A stretch of 64,000 nucleotides of DNA from Planctomycetota bacterium (GCA_035384565.1 DAOOIT010000011.1:51282-115281), one strand, 5' to 3'. Positions 15,499 through 24,415 are shown, counted from the stretch's first letter. The notes: generated from the letters alone by a model not told the origin. Numbers and translations are program-made.

Positions 15499-16683
15499 TC
15501 AGCCCCGGAACAGCGCGGCGAGCGCCGCCGCCGCCGCCAGCACCACCACGCATGGCACCAGGAAGATCGCCCGCCAGCGGAACTTGCCTTCCACCTTCAA
15601 GGCGTCCATCACCGCGCCCGTGAGCTGCGTGCCCCCGAAGAAGCCGAAGCCAAACAGGCTCACCGTGAGCAGCGCCTGGGCCGAGGCCGAGAAGTCCGCC
15701 GTCGCCGCCTGATTGACGTAGATGAACCCGATGCCGATGAAGAAGGCGTAGGCCATGCCGTGCAGCGCCTGCGCCGCCAGCACCACGCCCTTCGGCCGCC
15801 CCACGGCATACACGGCGTAGAGCAGCCCCCACATCGCCGCACCCAGGGCCAGAGTCCAGCGGAACCCGAGCGTGCCGAGCACCGCCTTCTCATGGAACGC
15901 CACGTACACCGTGGCCAACACCTGCGCCGACTGGGCGATGGACATCACGGCCGGCATGTTCTTGCTCTGAACCCCCAGCTCGCCCAGAAATGGCGCCGTG
16001 CCAAGGAAGTAGAACTGGAGCTGCGTCGCCACCACGAACGCCACGGCGATGAAGACGAGGAAGTTGGCGTCGCCCAACAGCCCAAACGCCTTGATGAAGG
16101 GCAGGGCCTCGCCGGGCGTCTCGGGCGGCGGCGTGTGGGGCAGGAACAGACAGTAAACGGCCAGCACAAGGGACAGCACGCCGGCGAGCCGCAGGCAGTC
16201 GCTGCCGTCGCCTGCGCCCTTCATCTTGCGCCACGCCGTCAGCCCCCAGCCGGCCAGCACCCAGGCGATGACGCCCCACACCGAGACCGAGAAGAACGTC
16301 GTCCTCGCCTCGGCCAGGTGGCGGAAGACCAAGGAGTTCAGGAGCGGCAGCGTGGGCGCGAAGGCCAACGCATAGCCGCACATCACAAGGAAGAGGCTGC
16401 GGAAGCGTGTCTGCCGCGCCGCCGCCAGCAACAGGATGCCGCCGACCAGATGGGCGGCCGCCAGGAACCACTGGGTGGCGACCCATCGGTCGGTGATCAG
16501 CCCGCCGATGAGTGGCGAGACAATGCAGCCGAGGTACATCGTCCCATACGTCCAGCCCACCTGTTTCCCGGTGAACTTCAGCGGCCCGAAGAGCCGTGCC
16601 GCCAGGACCGGCGACCAGGCCCCCCAGATGGCGAATTGGAGGAACACCACCAGACACAGCCGCAGATACATCTCCCAGTTCAT
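15499..16683 (-). CDS. MFS transporter (possibly nucleoside:H+ symporter-like)
   Basis: Polytopic hydrophobic profile throughout. ATG 16683 has a GGAGAG SD. The 9 extra N-terminal codons of the track ORF run into a REP unit. Confidence 0.7.
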   Translation of the reverse strand: MNWEMYLRLCLVVFLQFAIWGAWSPVLAARLFGPLKFTGKQVGWTYGTMYLGCIVSPLIGGLITDRWVATQWFLAAAHLVGGILLLAAARQTRFRSLFLVMCGYALAFAPTLPLLNSLVFRHLAEARTTFFSVSVWGVIAWVLAGWGLTAWRKMKGAGDGSDCLRLAGVLSLVLAVYCLFLPHTPPPETPGEALPFIKAFGLLGDANFLVFIAVAFVVATQLQFYFLGTAPFLGELGVQSKNMPAVMSIAQSAQVLATVYVAFHEKAVLGTLGFRWTLALGAAMWGLLYAVYAVGRPKGVVLAAQALHGMAYAFFIGIGFIYVNQAATADFSASAQALLTVSLFGFGFFGGTQLTGAVMDALKVEGKFRWRAIFLVPCVVVLAAAAALAALFRG

Positions 16684-16696
16684 CGTGCTCTCCTCT

Positions 16697-16782
16697 GGTA
16701 GGGCGGGCATACCTGCACGCGGAATCCCTCGCCGCCGAGCATAGCCGCTTCATCCCCCGCGTGCAACTATGCAGGCCCTACC
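16697..16782. repeat. REPIN doublet (two inverted REP units), diverged copy
   Basis: GGTAGGGCGGGCATACCTGCACGCG ... CGCGTGCAACTATGCAGGCCCTACC. It contains the TAG stop (16778-16780) of the URO-D-like gene. Confidence 0.8.
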
Positions 16783-17923
16783 AGGAGTACCGGCCGTGGT
16801 CCTTGCACGCGGCGTACATGGCCGCGACGTTGTCGGGCGGGGTGAAGGGGGCCAGGTTATTGCCCTCGCGCAGGATGAACTTGCCGCCCTCCATGACGCC
16901 CGACTGGAGGATGCGCTTGGCCTCGGCGCGCACGGCGCGCGGCGTGCCGGTTCGCAGCAGCTCGACGTGCGGCCCTCCCTGGATCGTGATGCCGGGGCCC
17001 AGCTCGCGGCGGAGCGCCCCGTGGTCTACGGGGAAGCCAGTGTCGAAGCTCGTCACCTTCAGTTCGTCCCGAACCGTCTTGAAGTGCCGCGTGGCGTCGC
17101 CGCACAGGTGAATCGAGTTGGGGCCTTCCGGGCCGAACGCCGCGATGAGCCGCTTGTGATAGGGCAGCACGAGCTCGCGGTAGGTGTCTACCGACAGGAG
17201 CGCGATGCTGTCGTCGGCGAAGCCCCACGCCTTCGATTCGACGGGCTGGCCGAGGCGCTCGCGGTAGGCTCGGATGCGGCGAATCGTCCCCTCCACCAGC
17301 AGCGACATCAGGTCGTGGTAGAAGGCGGGGTCGGCGTACATGTCCAGGCAGATACCGGTCGGACCGCGGAGCGCGCAGGCGATGGTGAACGGCCCGTCGG
17401 TGCCGCAGCCGGTGGGCGAGCCTGCCTTGACGGGCCGGCCGCAGAACTCGTAGCCGCTCTCCGCCCGCCGCTTGAAATGCTCAAAATACTCCCAGTTCCG
17501 CCCCATCCACCCGCCGAAGGGGTCGGGCACGCCGCGGGCGATGAAGGCCGCCTTGCCCTCGTCCGTGATGCAGGGCGGGGAGTCGGGCACGTTGCCCTCG
17601 ATGAACCGCAGGGGCGCGCCCCACCAGAGCACCTCGTAGCTGTTCTGGAAATCCACGCTCACCGTCCAGGCCTCGGGCAGGCCCATCTCGGCGTCCTGGA
17701 CGAGATGGTGGCGGACCCAGTGCTGATGGCGGAGCTGGGTCTCGAACATCACATCGGGGTCGTTGAAGTATTCCTCGTAGGTGACCCCCTTTGTGTTGAT
17801 GGCAGGATTGAGGATGGTGAAGCGCGACGAGATGCCGAGCACCATCGGCACCCGCGAGGGCTTGCCCTCGCGGAAGCGTTGCCACACCTCTTCCACCTCG
17901 GCGTTGTGCTGCGCGAAATCCAT
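16778..17923 (-). CDS. Uroporphyrinogen decarboxylase (URO-D)/MtaA-like family protein, paralogue 1
   Basis: 381-aa URO-D-like sequence (family recalled by eye). ATG 17923 lies 6 nt after AGGAG. The track ORF extension up to 18097 is translated REP sequence (VGRAYLHA..., RVQVCTPY). Confidence 0.65.
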   Translation of the reverse strand: MDFAQHNAEVEEVWQRFREGKPSRVPMVLGISSRFTILNPAINTKGVTYEEYFNDPDVMFETQLRHQHWVRHHLVQDAEMGLPEAWTVSVDFQNSYEVLWWGAPLRFIEGNVPDSPPCITDEGKAAFIARGVPDPFGGWMGRNWEYFEHFKRRAESGYEFCGRPVKAGSPTGCGTDGPFTIACALRGPTGICLDMYADPAFYHDLMSLLVEGTIRRIRAYRERLGQPVESKAWGFADDSIALLSVDTYRELVLPYHKRLIAAFGPEGPNSIHLCGDATRHFKTVRDELKVTSFDTGFPVDHGALRRELGPGITIQGGPHVELLRTGTPRAVRAEAKRILQSGVMEGGKFILREGNNLAPFTPPDNVAAMYAACKDHGRYSW

Positions 17924-17935
17924 CGCCATCTCCTT

Positions 17936-18080
17936 GTAAGGCGTGCATACCTGCACGCGGAATCTTCCCCTCGGCGCGAGCGTCAACCCACTCCGGTAGG
18001 GCGTGCATACATGCACGCGGGATCTTCGGTTGCCGGCGCTCGCCCCCGTCCGTTCCGCGTGCAAGTATGCACGCCCTACC
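17936..18080. repeat. REP cluster: one solo REP plus one REPIN doublet
   Basis: Solo unit GTAAGGCGTGCATACCTGCACGCG (17936-17959). Doublet: GGTAGGGCGTGCATACATGCACGCG (17995-18019) ... CGCGTGCAAGTATGCACGCCCTACC (18056-18080). Confidence 0.85.
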
Positions 18081-18093
18081 ATGCGGCGCGCGC

Positions 18094-18648
18094 TCACTCA
18101 AAGCCGGGCGTTGGGCCAAGCTCATTGGCTTTTGTCGGGTCGGACCACTCCTTGCCGTAAAGCCCTAGCTTCACGTAGCGATGAAAGCTCGACCATGGCC
18201 ACTTGGCTGGCGAATCCACGTGACCGTGCTTCACCGGGTTGTAGTGCATGTACTCTACGTGCCGGGTGAAATCGCGGTCGTCCCGGATCCGATGCTCGTA
18301 GAAGCGCTTCTGCCACACCCCGCGGTTCCGGTGTCGCGTGCGCCCTCCGCTTGTCGCGCCCTCCTTCCCGCCAGCGGTGAGGTAGGCTCGCGTGAATGCA
18401 TACTTGATGCCGCCGAGACGTGTCGAGAAGTCGTCATCATTCTCGGGGAGCTGCCAGAGCATGTGGACGTGGTCCGGCATGAGGACAACCGCCACCATCT
18501 CAAAGGGCCGTAGTTTGCGCACCGCGGCGATGGCCTGCCGCAGCAGTTGCCGGGTCCAGCCTTCCTCAAAGAGCGGCATGCGCTCGTGGGTGACAACCGT
18601 CAGGAAGTACATGCCGCCCTCCACCCGCCACCTGCGGTATTGCGGCAT
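18094..18648 (-). CDS. REP-associated tyrosine transposase (RAYT; IS200/IS605-like Y1 HUH transposase)
   Basis: HUH motif PDHVHMLW, catalytic Tyr motif YMHYNPVKHG, N-terminal YFLTVVTHERMPLF. ATG 18648 is preceded by AGGAGAGGAAG. Confidence 0.85.
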   Translation of the reverse strand: MPQYRRWRVEGGMYFLTVVTHERMPLFEEGWTRQLLRQAIAAVRKLRPFEMVAVVLMPDHVHMLWQLPENDDDFSTRLGGIKYAFTRAYLTAGGKEGATSGGRTRHRNRGVWQKRFYEHRIRDDRDFTRHVEYMHYNPVKHGHVDSPAKWPWSSFHRYVKLGLYGKEWSDPTKANELGPTPGFE

Positions 18649-18661
18649 TCTTCCTCTCCTC

Positions 18662-18747
18662 GGTAGGGCGTGCATACATGCACGCGAAATCTTCGATTCC
18701 CGGCGCTCGCCCCCGTCCGTTCCGCGTGCAAGTATGCACGCCCTACC
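18662..18747. repeat. REPIN doublet
   Basis: GGTAGGGCGTGCATACATGCACGCG ... CGCGTGCAAGTATGCACGCCCTACC. It contains the TAG stop (18743-18745) of the downstream large gene. Confidence 0.85.
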
Positions 18748-21700
18748 ATCTCATCTTCCCGGCGGCGTCCAGTTCTCTCGTGGTCACGGTGCGCGGCTTG
18801 CCGTCAGAAAGGGTGACGGTGACATCCACGTCGGCGGCCAGCTCGAACTGGCCGGGGGCCACTCGGCGGACGCTGGCGAAGGTGCTCTGGCGCACGGTGT
18901 CGCCGACGCCATACTCCCAGAGCCGCAGGACGCCCGCCTTGCCGAAGGCTTCTTTGGTGACAGGCCCGCCTGTGAGCTTGAACGTCTTGTCGCCCGCGAC
19001 GTCGGCGCGCCAGAAGCTGGTCGCCTCGTCGTCCGAGGCGACCCAGCCCTTGTTGATGCCCGGGCGATTGCCCATCGTGGGGCCGAGGGCGCAGCGGACC
19101 GTGCCCTTCTCGGCGTTCACCTCCTCGACGGCGGAGCGGAAGTAGTCGGCGCCGTTCTCGACCGTGATGCGGGTCAGGTCTCCGTCGGGCCTCACGTCGA
19201 GCGCGGTGTAGGTGCTCCAGTGGCCTGGCTGGCCGATCTCGAAGACGCTCGGCCGCGCGCTCGCGGGCCAGGGCTGATCGATCCAGAGCGTCTTCGCCAG
19301 GTAGTCCACCTTCACCACCTTGCCCGTCCGCTCGCGGCCGGCGGGCTGAAGCTTGATGCCTGGAGCCTCCAGCAGCGCGCCGCCAACGAGGGTGGCCAGG
19401 CGCAGCCCGCCCTTGTCGGTCGAGACGCAGGCGAACTCACCCGTGACCTGCATCCTGGCCTCGGAGATGAGGCGTTGCACGAACGGCAAGCCATCGGCGA
19501 AGAGGACGTCGGTGTGGCCGTTCGCCGTCTTCAGCTCCAAGGCCACTGCCTTGTATGCGGGATTGTGGAGGTTCTCTGGCTCTCGGTCTACGGCGCACGC
19601 AGGCGCTTCGAGAAGGCGCTTGGAGGTGATGAACGGCTCGCCGACGAAGGGCTCAATCAGGGCAATGAATGTGGTGTCCTGCGAGTCCTTCTCGGCGACC
19701 TTCTGGACGAAGAGGCAGGCAAAGTCGTACTTGAAGTTCTTGCAGTTCAGGCTGCCGCGCATCGCCTTCGCGCCCTTGGCGTCGAGGAGGTGGAGGCGGG
19801 TGAAGCGGCGGGGGAGGTCGTCGGAGTAGTTGGCCCCGCGGTGCATGCGCTCGTTGCCGAAGAGCTTGGGGTCGCGGGTCTGGCGCCACGTGGCCTCCAG
19901 GACGTCGGGGGCGGTGCCCGCGAAGCGCTTGTCGGGCAGGCTCTTGAATGGGGCGAGGTACTGGCCGACCTCGCTCGCGTCGTCCTCGGCCACGGGCTTG
20001 GCGTCCCCGACGTTCCACTGGAACTCGTCCTCGACGGTGCCGTGGAAGCAGTAGGTGTGGGTCTTGCCGCCGGCGACGCGGAAGACGTCGAAGACGTAGG
20101 AGTTGGCCGGCGTGACTCCGGCGGGCAGCTTGGAGCCGGGCTTCTGGGCCTCGATGGGCAGGGGCTGGGAGCCTTGGCCCTCATCCACGTCAATGAGCGC
20201 GACCTGTCGGCGGAAGAGGGTCGTGCCCTCGGGCGGCTCGGCTTCGGCCATCAGGTAGCGCGCGCCGGGGGCGTCGGCGAGCGTCCGCACCCACGAGTAG
20301 CCCTGGAAGCCCTTGCCGTCCACCTCGACGACGTTGTGGACTCGCGTCGTGCCGTCGCTGGGCGCGGAGTAGCCGCTGCGCTGGCCGCCGTCTATCGTCG
20401 CGGGGCAGCCCTGGGCGACGACCTGGAGGTCCATCGTGTCGGCGTGCTGGTGTCCGATGCCGAAGCCGACGCGGACGTAGGCGGCGCGACGGAAGCGCGG
20501 GTCGTCGTGCTCGAGGCCGCTTTCGAGGACGCCTGCCCACATGGGCATGACGCGCGAGCGGAGGTCGAGCCACGGTGCGCGCTTGAGCTTGGCCGCGGCC
20601 GCCTCGATCTTCGCCCAATCCGCATCGGTCTCATCTTTGCGGCCGATGTAGTGCTTGAGGATGAAGGCGAACTGCGGGTCGGCGGTCCACTCCCAGCCGC
20701 GGGCGGCGAAGCCGAGGTCGCGGAGGGTGTGGCCGGCGGCCTTGTCGGGGCCGCACACGTCGCCGATGCGGACGAAGTCCCAGCCCGCCACGACGTTCTT
20801 GAGGCGCCAGAAGCACTGGGCGACGGGTTTTGGGTAGCGGGCGCGGTCGGACAGGTTGTACTTGGGGTTGCCGCCGGCCTTGAGGTAGCGCTCGAGCGAT
20901 TCGGCCACGCGCATCGCCCCCTCGCCCTGGGCGTAAAAGGTCGAGCCGATGTACTCGCAGCCGTCGCGGCAGCAGCCGGTGATCATCGCGTCGGCGATGC
21001 CAACCGGCGGCAGCGGGTAGATGAAGGTCTTGCTGAAGAGCCACTCCATCCACGGGTCCGTGACCGTGGTGTCGCCGACCACCGCCGCGGCGTTCGCAAT
21101 GTCCATTGGGTCCGTGTAGTAGTTGTACCGCAGTATTCGCTTGGCCGTGGTCTGCACGAGATAGGCGTCTATCAGCTTCACCACGTCCTGCGGCGTCTTG
21201 ACCCAAGGGACGAAGCGGCCGATGGACTCGGCCAGTTCGGCGTTGTCTTTGATGTAGTCGAACAGCCGGTCATAGTCATAGAGAATGGGGTCCACGTAGA
21301 GCATGTAATGGGGGTAGAAGCTGGCGGTGGAGTCGCGGCGTCGGCAGCGGATGTCGCGGCCGTAGGGGCCGGGGTCGCGGACGACGTAGGTGAGGAAGTT
21401 GGCCGCGTCAATGGTTGGGAAGGCGTAGGCCCAACGGGCGAGGGCGACGGCGGCCTCGCGGGCAGCCATCGTGTCGCCGGTCTTGAGGTACTTGGCGACG
21501 TTGTTGCGCACGAGCGTGCCGGGGTAGTTGCGCAGGCGGTTCTGCACCTCGTTGGCGATGGGCGCCCACAGGTGCCCTTTGCCGGGATCGTCGGGGTCGG
21601 GGAAGAAGAGGCCCGCGCCGTCGTCGCGGTACGGGTAGGGTGCGGGCAGAGGCAGGCCCTTCTGAAGGTCCGCCATCGTGTACGTGAGGTCGAGCTTCTT

Positions 21701-22729
21701 GTTGAAGAGGAACACGTCGCCTTTGCCGGGTTGCCAATCGCCGAATTCGGCGGCGATCTCCTGGGGGGTCTTGCCGGGGACGCCGATGGTGACGTTTCGG
21801 CGGAGGACGTGTTCGTCGCCGCCCATCCAGCCGTGGCCGAACGCCTGAGCGTTGACGCGGGGGAAGGCGAGCCAGATTTCGGCGTCGCGGGCGAGGCGTT
21901 GGTCCTTGGGCGGCTCGAGGTTCGCGGGCGCGGGCGCCGCGGCCTCGGGCAGGGTTCTGCGGGCCTTGATGGCGCGACGCTCGACGCCCGCGAGCGCGTC
22001 GTCGAGCGAGATCTCGTGGAGCAGCATCTCCACCCCGCTCCCCTCGTCCACGGCGATCTCAGCGGTGAAGCGCCGCTTCTCGTCGGCGTGGAAGTAGATC
22101 TCGGCGATGCTGTAGAACTCGTCGCAATAGCCCAGGCGGAGGCGGTAGCTGTTGGTTTCCCCCTTCGGGCCGTCGTTGATCTTCGCCCGCACGAAGAGCG
22201 GGGTGCGGAACGGCTTGAGCTGCTCGGTGGGCACCGCGGCGATGAGGCGGAGGGCGTAGACCCCGATCTCCAGCTCCCCCAGGTCGAGCTTGAGGATTGG
22301 CGAGCCGACGGTGCAGCGGACGACGGGCAGGGCCTTCCACTTTAGCCCCGTGTTCACCACGTCGGCGTGGCGCGGCACCCAGTAGAGCGGCGCCGCGTAC
22401 TCCTCGGCCTTGCCCGCGCCGGGAATGTTCGGGGCCACCCAGCCCTTGAGCTTGCTCTGGCGGTCGAAGAAGCTGCGGGAGGGGCAGTACTTGAACCAGT
22501 AGTTGCGATAGAGCTCGGGCGAGCCGGGGTTCAGCTCGAAGCACGGCGCGAGCGGGTCAGCGTCGTACTTGCCAGGCAGGTCGCCTGGATGGCCCGGCCT
22601 CTCGCCGTGCTGGGTCGGGAACAGGGGCAGCCTGTAGCCCGCCAGCGGACCGCCGACATCGTAGTCCTCGGCCCGGGCAAACCACGCGAGACAGACCAGA
22701 GCAGACGCAATGATGGAGACTCGCGGCAT
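18743..22729 (-). CDS. Large secreted protein with a heparinase II/III-like C-terminal region (putative polysaccharide lyase)
   Basis: Signal peptide MPRVSIIASALVCLAWFARA (ATG 22729; GTG 22756 is an alternative). GFGIGHQHADTMDLQVVAQGCPATIDGG resembles the heparinase II/III H-x-H-x-D motif. Coding is confident; function is tentative. Confidence 0.55.
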   Translation of the reverse strand: MPRVSIIASALVCLAWFARAEDYDVGGPLAGYRLPLFPTQHGERPGHPGDLPGKYDADPLAPCFELNPGSPELYRNYWFKYCPSRSFFDRQSKLKGWVAPNIPGAGKAEEYAAPLYWVPRHADVVNTGLKWKALPVVRCTVGSPILKLDLGELEIGVYALRLIAAVPTEQLKPFRTPLFVRAKINDGPKGETNSYRLRLGYCDEFYSIAEIYFHADEKRRFTAEIAVDEGSGVEMLLHEISLDDALAGVERRAIKARRTLPEAAAPAPANLEPPKDQRLARDAEIWLAFPRVNAQAFGHGWMGGDEHVLRRNVTIGVPGKTPQEIAAEFGDWQPGKGDVFLFNKKLDLTYTMADLQKGLPLPAPYPYRDDGAGLFFPDPDDPGKGHLWAPIANEVQNRLRNYPGTLVRNNVAKYLKTGDTMAAREAAVALARWAYAFPTIDAANFLTYVVRDPGPYGRDIRCRRRDSTASFYPHYMLYVDPILYDYDRLFDYIKDNAELAESIGRFVPWVKTPQDVVKLIDAYLVQTTAKRILRYNYYTDPMDIANAAAVVGDTTVTDPWMEWLFSKTFIYPLPPVGIADAMITGCCRDGCEYIGSTFYAQGEGAMRVAESLERYLKAGGNPKYNLSDRARYPKPVAQCFWRLKNVVAGWDFVRIGDVCGPDKAAGHTLRDLGFAARGWEWTADPQFAFILKHYIGRKDETDADWAKIEAAAAKLKRAPWLDLRSRVMPMWAGVLESGLEHDDPRFRRAAYVRVGFGIGHQHADTMDLQVVAQGCPATIDGGQRSGYSAPSDGTTRVHNVVEVDGKGFQGYSWVRTLADAPGARYLMAEAEPPEGTTLFRRQVALIDVDEGQGSQPLPIEAQKPGSKLPAGVTPANSYVFDVFRVAGGKTHTYCFHGTVEDEFQWNVGDAKPVAEDDASEVGQYLAPFKSLPDKRFAGTAPDVLEATWRQTRDPKLFGNERMHRGANYSDDLPRRFTRLHLLDAKGAKAMRGSLNCKNFKYDFACLFVQKVAEKDSQDTTFIALIEPFVGEPFITSKRLLEAPACAVDREPENLHNPAYKAVALELKTANGHTDVLFADGLPFVQRLISEARMQVTGEFACVSTDKGGLRLATLVGGALLEAPGIKLQPAGRERTGKVVKVDYLAKTLWIDQPWPASARPSVFEIGQPGHWSTYTALDVRPDGDLTRITVENGADYFRSAVEEVNAEKGTVRCALGPTMGNRPGINKGWVASDDEATSFWRADVAGDKTFKLTGGPVTKEAFGKAGVLRLWEYGVGDTVRQSTFASVRRVAPGQFELAADVDVTVTLSDGKPRTVTTRELDAAGKMRW

Positions 22730-22759
22730 CTCAGTTCCCCTCTTCTCACGCGTCACGGG

Positions 22760-23779
22760 TCATGCATCCTGGTTCGTGAACGCCTCGATCACGGCCACGG
22801 CGTTCTCGGTGGGCGTTTCGGGCTGGAGGCCCTTGGCGGGGGCAAGGATGTAGCCGCCGCCGCGGCCCATCTCGCGGCACAGGCGCCGCACCTCGGCGCG
22901 AATCGCCGCGGGCGTGCCGAACGGGATGGTGCTTTGGCTGCCCAGGCCGCCCCAGAAGGTGAGCTGGTCGCCCCACCGCTTCTTGAGGCCGTAGGGGTTC
23001 ATCCCTGCGGCCTCGGGCTGCACGCTCTCCAGCACGTCGAGGCCGATCTCGATGATGTCGGGCAGGATGGCCTCGATGGAGCCGCACGAGTGGGTGATGA
23101 CGAGCTTGCCGGCGTCGTGCACGGCCTGGTAGAGCCTGGCCCACCGGGGCTTGAGGAAGCGCCGCCAGCGCTCGGGGCCGAGGATCACGCCGCGCTGGTC
23201 GCCCCAGTCGTCGCCGAACATGATCGCGTCCACGGGCAGGTCGGCCGTGTAGCGCACGAAGGCCAGGTAGAGGTCGGCCAGCCGATCGAGCATCTCGGCG
23301 TAGAAGTCGGGCTCGGTCGCCGCATCCATCAGGGCATTCTCGAAGCCGCGCAGGTTCCAGCTTCGTTCGAAGAGGCCCCAGCCGAGGCTGCCGATGAGGA
23401 AGCTCTCGCGGCGTTCCTCACAGGTGCGCAGAGCCGTCGCCTTCCACTCGGGGCGGAGGAACACCTCGGGCCTGGGGAACTCATAGCCGTCGAAGGAGGG
23501 CCGCGCGAGGGGCGGGCGCTCGAGGTGCCAGGGGCGGCGGTCGGTGCGCCAGACGCCGCCGTAGCCGTCACGGTGGTGGCCGTCGTCGAGGGGCGTGCGA
23601 ATGTCCGTCTCCACGGCCGCGACGCTAACGATGTAGGGCGTGAGCCGCTGGCGCCAGTCGGGGCTGCCGTAATGCCGATCCACGCGCTCGGCCACGTCGC
23701 CCTCGAAGCCGAGGGTGAACGGAACAGGGCGGGTCTCGCGGTGGTCGATCTGCTCGAGGACGAAGTCGCGGGGCTGCAT
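22760..23779 (-). CDS. URO-D/MtaA-like family protein, paralogue 2
   Basis: 339-aa URO-D-like sequence (DAIMFGDDWGDQRG, VITHSCGSI, GGYILAPA). Its stop lies 3 to 30 nt upstream of the large lyase-like gene. Confidence 0.65.
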   Translation of the reverse strand: MQPRDFVLEQIDHRETRPVPFTLGFEGDVAERVDRHYGSPDWRQRLTPYIVSVAAVETDIRTPLDDGHHRDGYGGVWRTDRRPWHLERPPLARPSFDGYEFPRPEVFLRPEWKATALRTCEERRESFLIGSLGWGLFERSWNLRGFENALMDAATEPDFYAEMLDRLADLYLAFVRYTADLPVDAIMFGDDWGDQRGVILGPERWRRFLKPRWARLYQAVHDAGKLVITHSCGSIEAILPDIIEIGLDVLESVQPEAAGMNPYGLKKRWGDQLTFWGGLGSQSTIPFGTPAAIRAEVRRLCREMGRGGGYILAPAKGLQPETPTENAVAVIEAFTNQDA

Positions 23780-23935
23780 CGGGCGGCTCCTGAGAGGCGG
23801 GGCGGTGCGCGCTCACGTGAGGATAGCCCGCCAGGACGCGAGTGTCAAGAAGCCTCGGTTGACCAAGCACAGGCGTCAAGCCTGGCGCCTGCCGTCCCCT
23901 CGCCCGCATTGTCTTGGAAACCAGACACGGCGCCG

Positions 23936-24063
23936 CCATATTTGCTCAGTTCTCCCCCCGCCGAGAGATGAGCAAGTATGGCGCTTTGGCGATCCGGGCG
24001 GCTCTACGGCCTTTCCGCCCATACTTGCTCAATTTCCTCCCCCTCTGGTTTGAGCAAGTATGG
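23936..24063. repeat. Tandem pair of 13-bp-stem hairpins (period 83 nt)
   Basis: CCATATTTGCTCA-20 nt-TGAGCAAGTATGG (23936-23981) and CCATACTTGCTCA-19 nt-TGAGCAAGTATGG (24019-24063). Both loops are C-rich and the 3' flanks are similar. Confidence 0.75.
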
Positions 24064-24288
24064 CGCGTGGGCGGTCCGGGGCGTTCCGCGCCGTTCCTGC
24101 CCGTTTGCATCCCTCTTGCTCCCCCAGAGGAGATGCAGGGGAGGAGCGGGCGGGACCTGGATGCCCTCGTGGCGAGGACGGCCCCCGAGGCGCCCCCCCG
24201 TTTCCCTGGTGGACGCTCTCATCTCGCGTCGCCGGACCCCGAGTCAGGCCAATATCCAGACCGGTGGCGCCTGGGCGAAACTCGGGTC

Positions 24289-24317
24289 TTGATTTGAATA
24301 GCGGCTTCTGGTACTAT
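24289..24317 (+). promoter_or_regulatory. Putative sigma70-type promoter for tRNA-Arg (and possibly argH-argG)
   Basis: TTGATT (24289-24294), a 17-nt spacer, then TACTAT (24312-24317) preceded by TGg. It is an AT-rich patch 22 nt upstream of the tRNA. Confidence 0.45.
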
Positions 24318-24338
24318 CTTGGCTGAGCGGACGAGCAG

Positions 24339-24415
24339 GCGCCTGTAGCTCAGTGGATCAGAGCGCTAGCCTCCGGAGCTAGAAGTCGCAGGTTCGAATC
24401 CTGCCAGGCGTACCA
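24339..24415 (+). tRNA. tRNA-Arg(CCG): tRNA-Arg, anticodon CCG, CCA encoded
   Basis: Cloverleaf folded by hand. Acceptor GCGCCTG/CAGGCGT; D arm GCTC-AGTGGATCA-GAGC; anticodon arm CTAGC-CTCCGGA-GCTAG (CCG at positions 34-36); T arm GCAGG-TTCGAAT-CCTGC; discriminator A plus CCA. Confidence 0.9.

Larger units (their letters stand above)
17936..18747 (-). mobile_element. RAYT gene flanked by directly oriented REPIN doublets
   Basis: The REPINs at 17995-18080 and 18662-18747 have near-identical 36-nt spacers (..ATCTTCG.TT.CCGGCGCTCGCCCCCGTCCGTTC) and bracket the transposase gene. Confidence 0.75.

Noticed and set aside
17924-18097. N-terminal extensions of track ORFs through REP sequences (16778-18097, 18094-18675, 39791-40816, 15499-16710, 30014-30967)
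   Set aside because: The extra residues (VGRAYLHA, RVQVCTPY, MHALPRRGR, GWMEDWMNGG) are simply translated repeat units. Internal ATGs with SD sequences give normal N-termini.
16697-18747. Possible CRISPR array, given the repeated 25-mers
   Set aside because: The units occur as inverted pairs with conserved (not unique) spacers, irregular spacing and an internal hairpin, and they flank a RAYT gene. This is REP/REPIN organisation. No cas genes are present in the window.
18392-22345. 1317-aa ORF on the + strand opposite the large lyase-like gene
   Set aside because: It is an antisense shadow with a low-complexity Gly/Ala/Val/Arg-rich translation. It also runs through the RAYT gene and the REPs.
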